Shown: piece by piece, positions 61,608 to 64,000 of the stretch
How positions within the stretch are numbered: the stretch's first letter is position 1
How the letters are laid out: each line of letters opens with the position of its first letter
DNA from: Nanobdellota archaeon
GTDB lineage: Archaea; Nanobdellota; Nanobdellia; Woesearchaeales; JBHPFW01
Direction: 5' to 3'
Assembly (NCBI GenBank): GCA_042571645.1
Contig: JBHPFW010000003.1
Span: 24,898 to 88,897 of the forward strand
DNA: 64,000 nucleotides
Notes under the pieces: generated by a model
The model's input: the letters and a program-made list of their open reading frames with translations, nothing else
Database searches by the model: none
Told to the model about the DNA's origin: nothing
Made by a program: the position numbers and the translations under genes

Positions 61608-61809
61608 TTTTTATCACCTCTAAGATTTTCATAAATCTAAATCTTAGAGTTCGCTAAAAAGTCCATATGTAAAACTCACAAAAAATCTTTAAAAAGACCT
61701 TTTGACATTTTGATGGAAAGATTTTTGTAAAGAGTTCTACAGACTTTTTTAAGAAAATGATAGAATAGGTTATTAATATCAGTACCGACCATAAATGTCC
61801 AGTGCTAAT

Positions 61810-61845
61810 AAAAAGAAAAAACCAGAAAGGGATAACCCTTTCCAG
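61810..61845 (-). terminator. hairpin plus U-tract after tRNA-iMet
   Basis: GAAAGGG/CCCTTTC stem followed on the minus strand by TTTTTTCTTTTT. Confidence 0.65.
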
Positions 61846-61851
61846 TTCGCA

Positions 61852-62022
61852 TAGCGGAGAGTGGACTTTCTCACTGACGTTCGAAGCATTGCCTTAAACG
61901 TCAATATTTGAACCACTGACCTCCGGGTTTCGCCTAGAGCACATATACTCTTATATGAGCCTTCCGCACCCATTAGAAGTTCTAATGAATTCGACGGGCA
62001 CTCCTGGCTGCCCTACTCCGCT
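61852..62022 (-). tRNA. initiator tRNA-Met(CAU) with three introns (61962-61991, 61929-61953, 61866-61906)
   Basis: The spliced 75-nt product has A1-U72, three G-C pairs in the anticodon stem, the CAT anticodon and GGTTCAAATCC. Intron 1 is a clean BHB. Confidence 0.9.
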
Positions 62023-62124
62023 ATAATATTGAGGACTTCTGGCTTATTTATAAATGTTACCCCTTCTAATCTTTTTAAAAAGAGAAACTAATTTAAATCA
62101 AATCCTTACTCTGGTGCTTTATAC

Positions 62125-62294
62125 GCCCTGGTCGCATAGTCTGGCTATTGCGGTAATCCATTAAGGCATCTTGATGGACTGTTAGATTGCTAAGTGCATA
62201 TTGTGCTTACAAAATACAATAGCCACAAAGATCTACTGTCCCTAGGACACGTGAGTTCAAATATCAGAAATGATTGAAAGTCTCACCCAGGGCG
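62125..62294 (+). tRNA. tRNA-Ser(GCU) with three introns (62156-62184, 62193-62230, 62262-62280)
   Basis: Acceptor GCCCTGG/CCAGGGC with G73, long variable arm TGTCC/GGACA, and spliced anticodon arm GTAGA-TTGCTAA-TCTAC. Intron 3 is a perfect BHB. Confidence 0.9.
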
Positions 62295-63121
62295 TTTTTA
62301 TTTCTAAGGCAGATGTTAATATTAAGAATAATTTTGAAGAGTTTGTCGTCTATATTTCTAAGAAAAACTATTCGCAAAGACACTTTACAAAGTTGAAGAG
62401 TTGTGTTAAAAAATTGAGTTATTATACACACTTTTTCAGTTATAAAGAGCTATTGAAGATTAGAGATAAATTGTATTCTGACCAATATTATAAGGCTCTG
62501 AGAGCACTTTGTAATTTCTTTGAAGAGAAGTATCTTGAGAATCCAGCAGTGCTTGTAGATCTTGAGAGGATTAGAAAGAACTTCAAGAGACCTAAAGCAA
62601 CTCCAGATATTTACACTCCTTCGGATGAGCAGTTAGTAGAGACTTTAGCAAAGCTCAAGGCTCTTAATAAAAAGTATTATGAGTTCTACGTAGCCTTGAT
62701 GTTTTCAGGTGTTAGAATCAAAGAAATGGCCTATTATATCAATTCTGACAAGGACTTTAAAACCATTGAAAATGGCAATTATCACAAGGTATTATTGAAT
62801 TATAAAAGACATTGTAAAAATGTATTTTTCCTATATTTTCCAAAGGGTTTTGAACTTTCTGAAGGAGTTATTGTTGAGAACCTCAGTAGATTTCTCACGA
62901 GACATCCCGAGATTATAAGACCTAAGTATATTAGGAACTGGTTTTATTCTAAGTGTCTGGATTTAGGAGTTCCCTCAGCGATAGCAGATTTCTTTCAAGG
63001 AAGAACTCCTATTTCTGTAGGAGACAGACATTATCTTGATCGTGAGAGAATGGCTGATAAGTGTTATTCTGAGAAGCTAAATCCTTATTTAGAAGAAAAG
63101 TTTATAAAAATGAATAGGTAA
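62270..63121 (+). mobile_element. SSV1-type tyrosine integrase (catalytic/C-terminal part) overlapping tRNA-Ser 3' end; left edge of an integrated element
   Basis: GVRIKE, KYIRNWF, FFQGR and RHYL catalytic pattern. The reading frame runs through the tRNA 3' end. Confidence 0.82.
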
Positions 63122-63130
63122 TTATACCTC

Positions 63131-63643
63131 ATGGTTTATGTGAATTTGAAAAAAGAGGAAAAAGAACAGTTAATCAAAACATGGGTTATTCTTGCTAAAA
63201 GGTATGAGAGATTTAATTATAAACCTACTGAAGCAACAGAAGAACAAATAGAGTACATTATCGGTTTATCAAAATCTCTTGATAGAAGAGATGCTGCCAC
63301 ACTCATAACTTTGTTACAAATACTTAACAAGGAAAGGGGAGAAGTAGAAACAGAAATGAAAAAACCAACTCCTAGCAAGAAAAAGAAGAAAAAGAAGAAA
63401 AAAAAGAAAAAAAAGAAAAAAAAGAAAAAGAGGGAAAAGAGGGAAAAGAATCCATCAAGCTATCAGGAGAGACTGGCTGAAATAAAGGCAAAATATCCCA
63501 ATGCATATGAACCTTGGACAGATGAAGCAAACAACGAATTAAAGAAACTATGTATTGAAGGAAAATCTGTTAAAGAACTTTGCCAAATCTTCAAAAGACA
63601 ACCTGGCAGCATCAGATCAAGATTAAAAAAGCTTATTATATAA
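63131..63643 (+). CDS. hypothetical protein with poly-Lys linker and C-terminal HTH-like domain
   Basis: YPNAYEPWT...RQPGSIRSRLKKL domain and an A-rich microsatellite at about 63377-63430. Confidence 0.65.
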   Translation: MVYVNLKKEEKEQLIKTWVILAKRYERFNYKPTEATEEQIEYIIGLSKSLDRRDAATLITLLQILNKERGEVETEMKKPTPSKKKKKKKKKKKKKKKKKKREKREKNPSSYQERLAEIKAKYPNAYEPWTDEANNELKKLCIEGKSVKELCQIFKRQPGSIRSRLKKLII

Positions 63644-63684
63644 ACGAGTAAAACAAAACAATTAAAGGTTGGATGTGTAATATA

Positions 63685-64000
63685 ATGGATTTTGATAAAT
63701 TTTTTGAAGAGTTTAAACAACACATGTATGACACAGATATGGAAAAGGTTCTATATGATGATATGGATGAAAAACCTAACAAAGAAGATGTTAACGTTAT
63801 AGAAATAGGAACTTTCACCTATTTGTTTAATGTTGCAATGTATAATCTTGCAAAAGCTAATAACTTATACTTAACACCCGAAAATGCAACTGGCAGAGGT
63901 GGTTATTCAGATATTCTTTTAACAAGAAAAAATGGCGAGATTTTATTTGAGATTGAACATGAAAATGATGGATTGGCAAGATCAAAAGATCCTGAAACTA
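63685..64000 (+). CDS. PD-(D/E)XK nuclease-like protein, truncated by window end
   Basis: Manual translation MDFDKFFEE...PENATGRGGYSDILL...FEIEHEN gives the E..D..ExE pattern. Confidence 0.55.
   Translation, partial: MDFDKFFEEFKQHMYDTDMEKVLYDDMDEKPNKEDVNVIEIGTFTYLFNVAMYNLAKANNLYLTPENATGRGGYSDILLTRKNGEILFEIEHENDGLARSKDPET

Noticed and set aside
61779..61973. 64-aa ORF
   Set aside because: It overlaps the intron-containing tRNA-iMet and its terminator.
1..64000. CRISPR array, cas genes or rRNA genes
   Set aside because: No regularly spaced direct repeats, cas motifs or rRNA-like conserved blocks were seen.

Overview
AT-rich archaeal chromosome segment. Archaeal signals: A-type ATP synthase, archaeal SRP RNA, TATA boxes, GGTGA ribosome-binding sites and BHB-type tRNA introns. 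It most resembles a DPANN/Woesearchaeota-like genome, which is an inference. It carries ilvD/ilvE/NAD kinase, a ThiR-led thiamine cluster, a complete trp operon plus TrpRS, an ABC exporter, a HerA-like ATPase, SMC and RNase HII. The A1Ao ATP synthase operon has a CPA2 antiporter inserted before subunit D and is followed by an LCIB-like carbonic anhydrase. The most unusual content is around three multi-intron tRNA genes: Gly-UCC with 2 introns, and iMet and Ser-GCU with 3 introns each at the same positions. Each tRNA abuts a mobility gene. One LAGLIDADG gene is bracketed by a duplicated promoter plus tRNA-Gly exon 1 that ends at the splice junction. A second LAGLIDADG gene lies downstream of tRNA-iMet. 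An SSV1-type integrase has its only plausible ATG inside the T-loop intron of tRNA-Ser. Also present are several unexplained structured intergenic elements and an inverted modular repeat with dif-like ends around an orphan gene. All calls come from reading motifs by eye; no searches were run.
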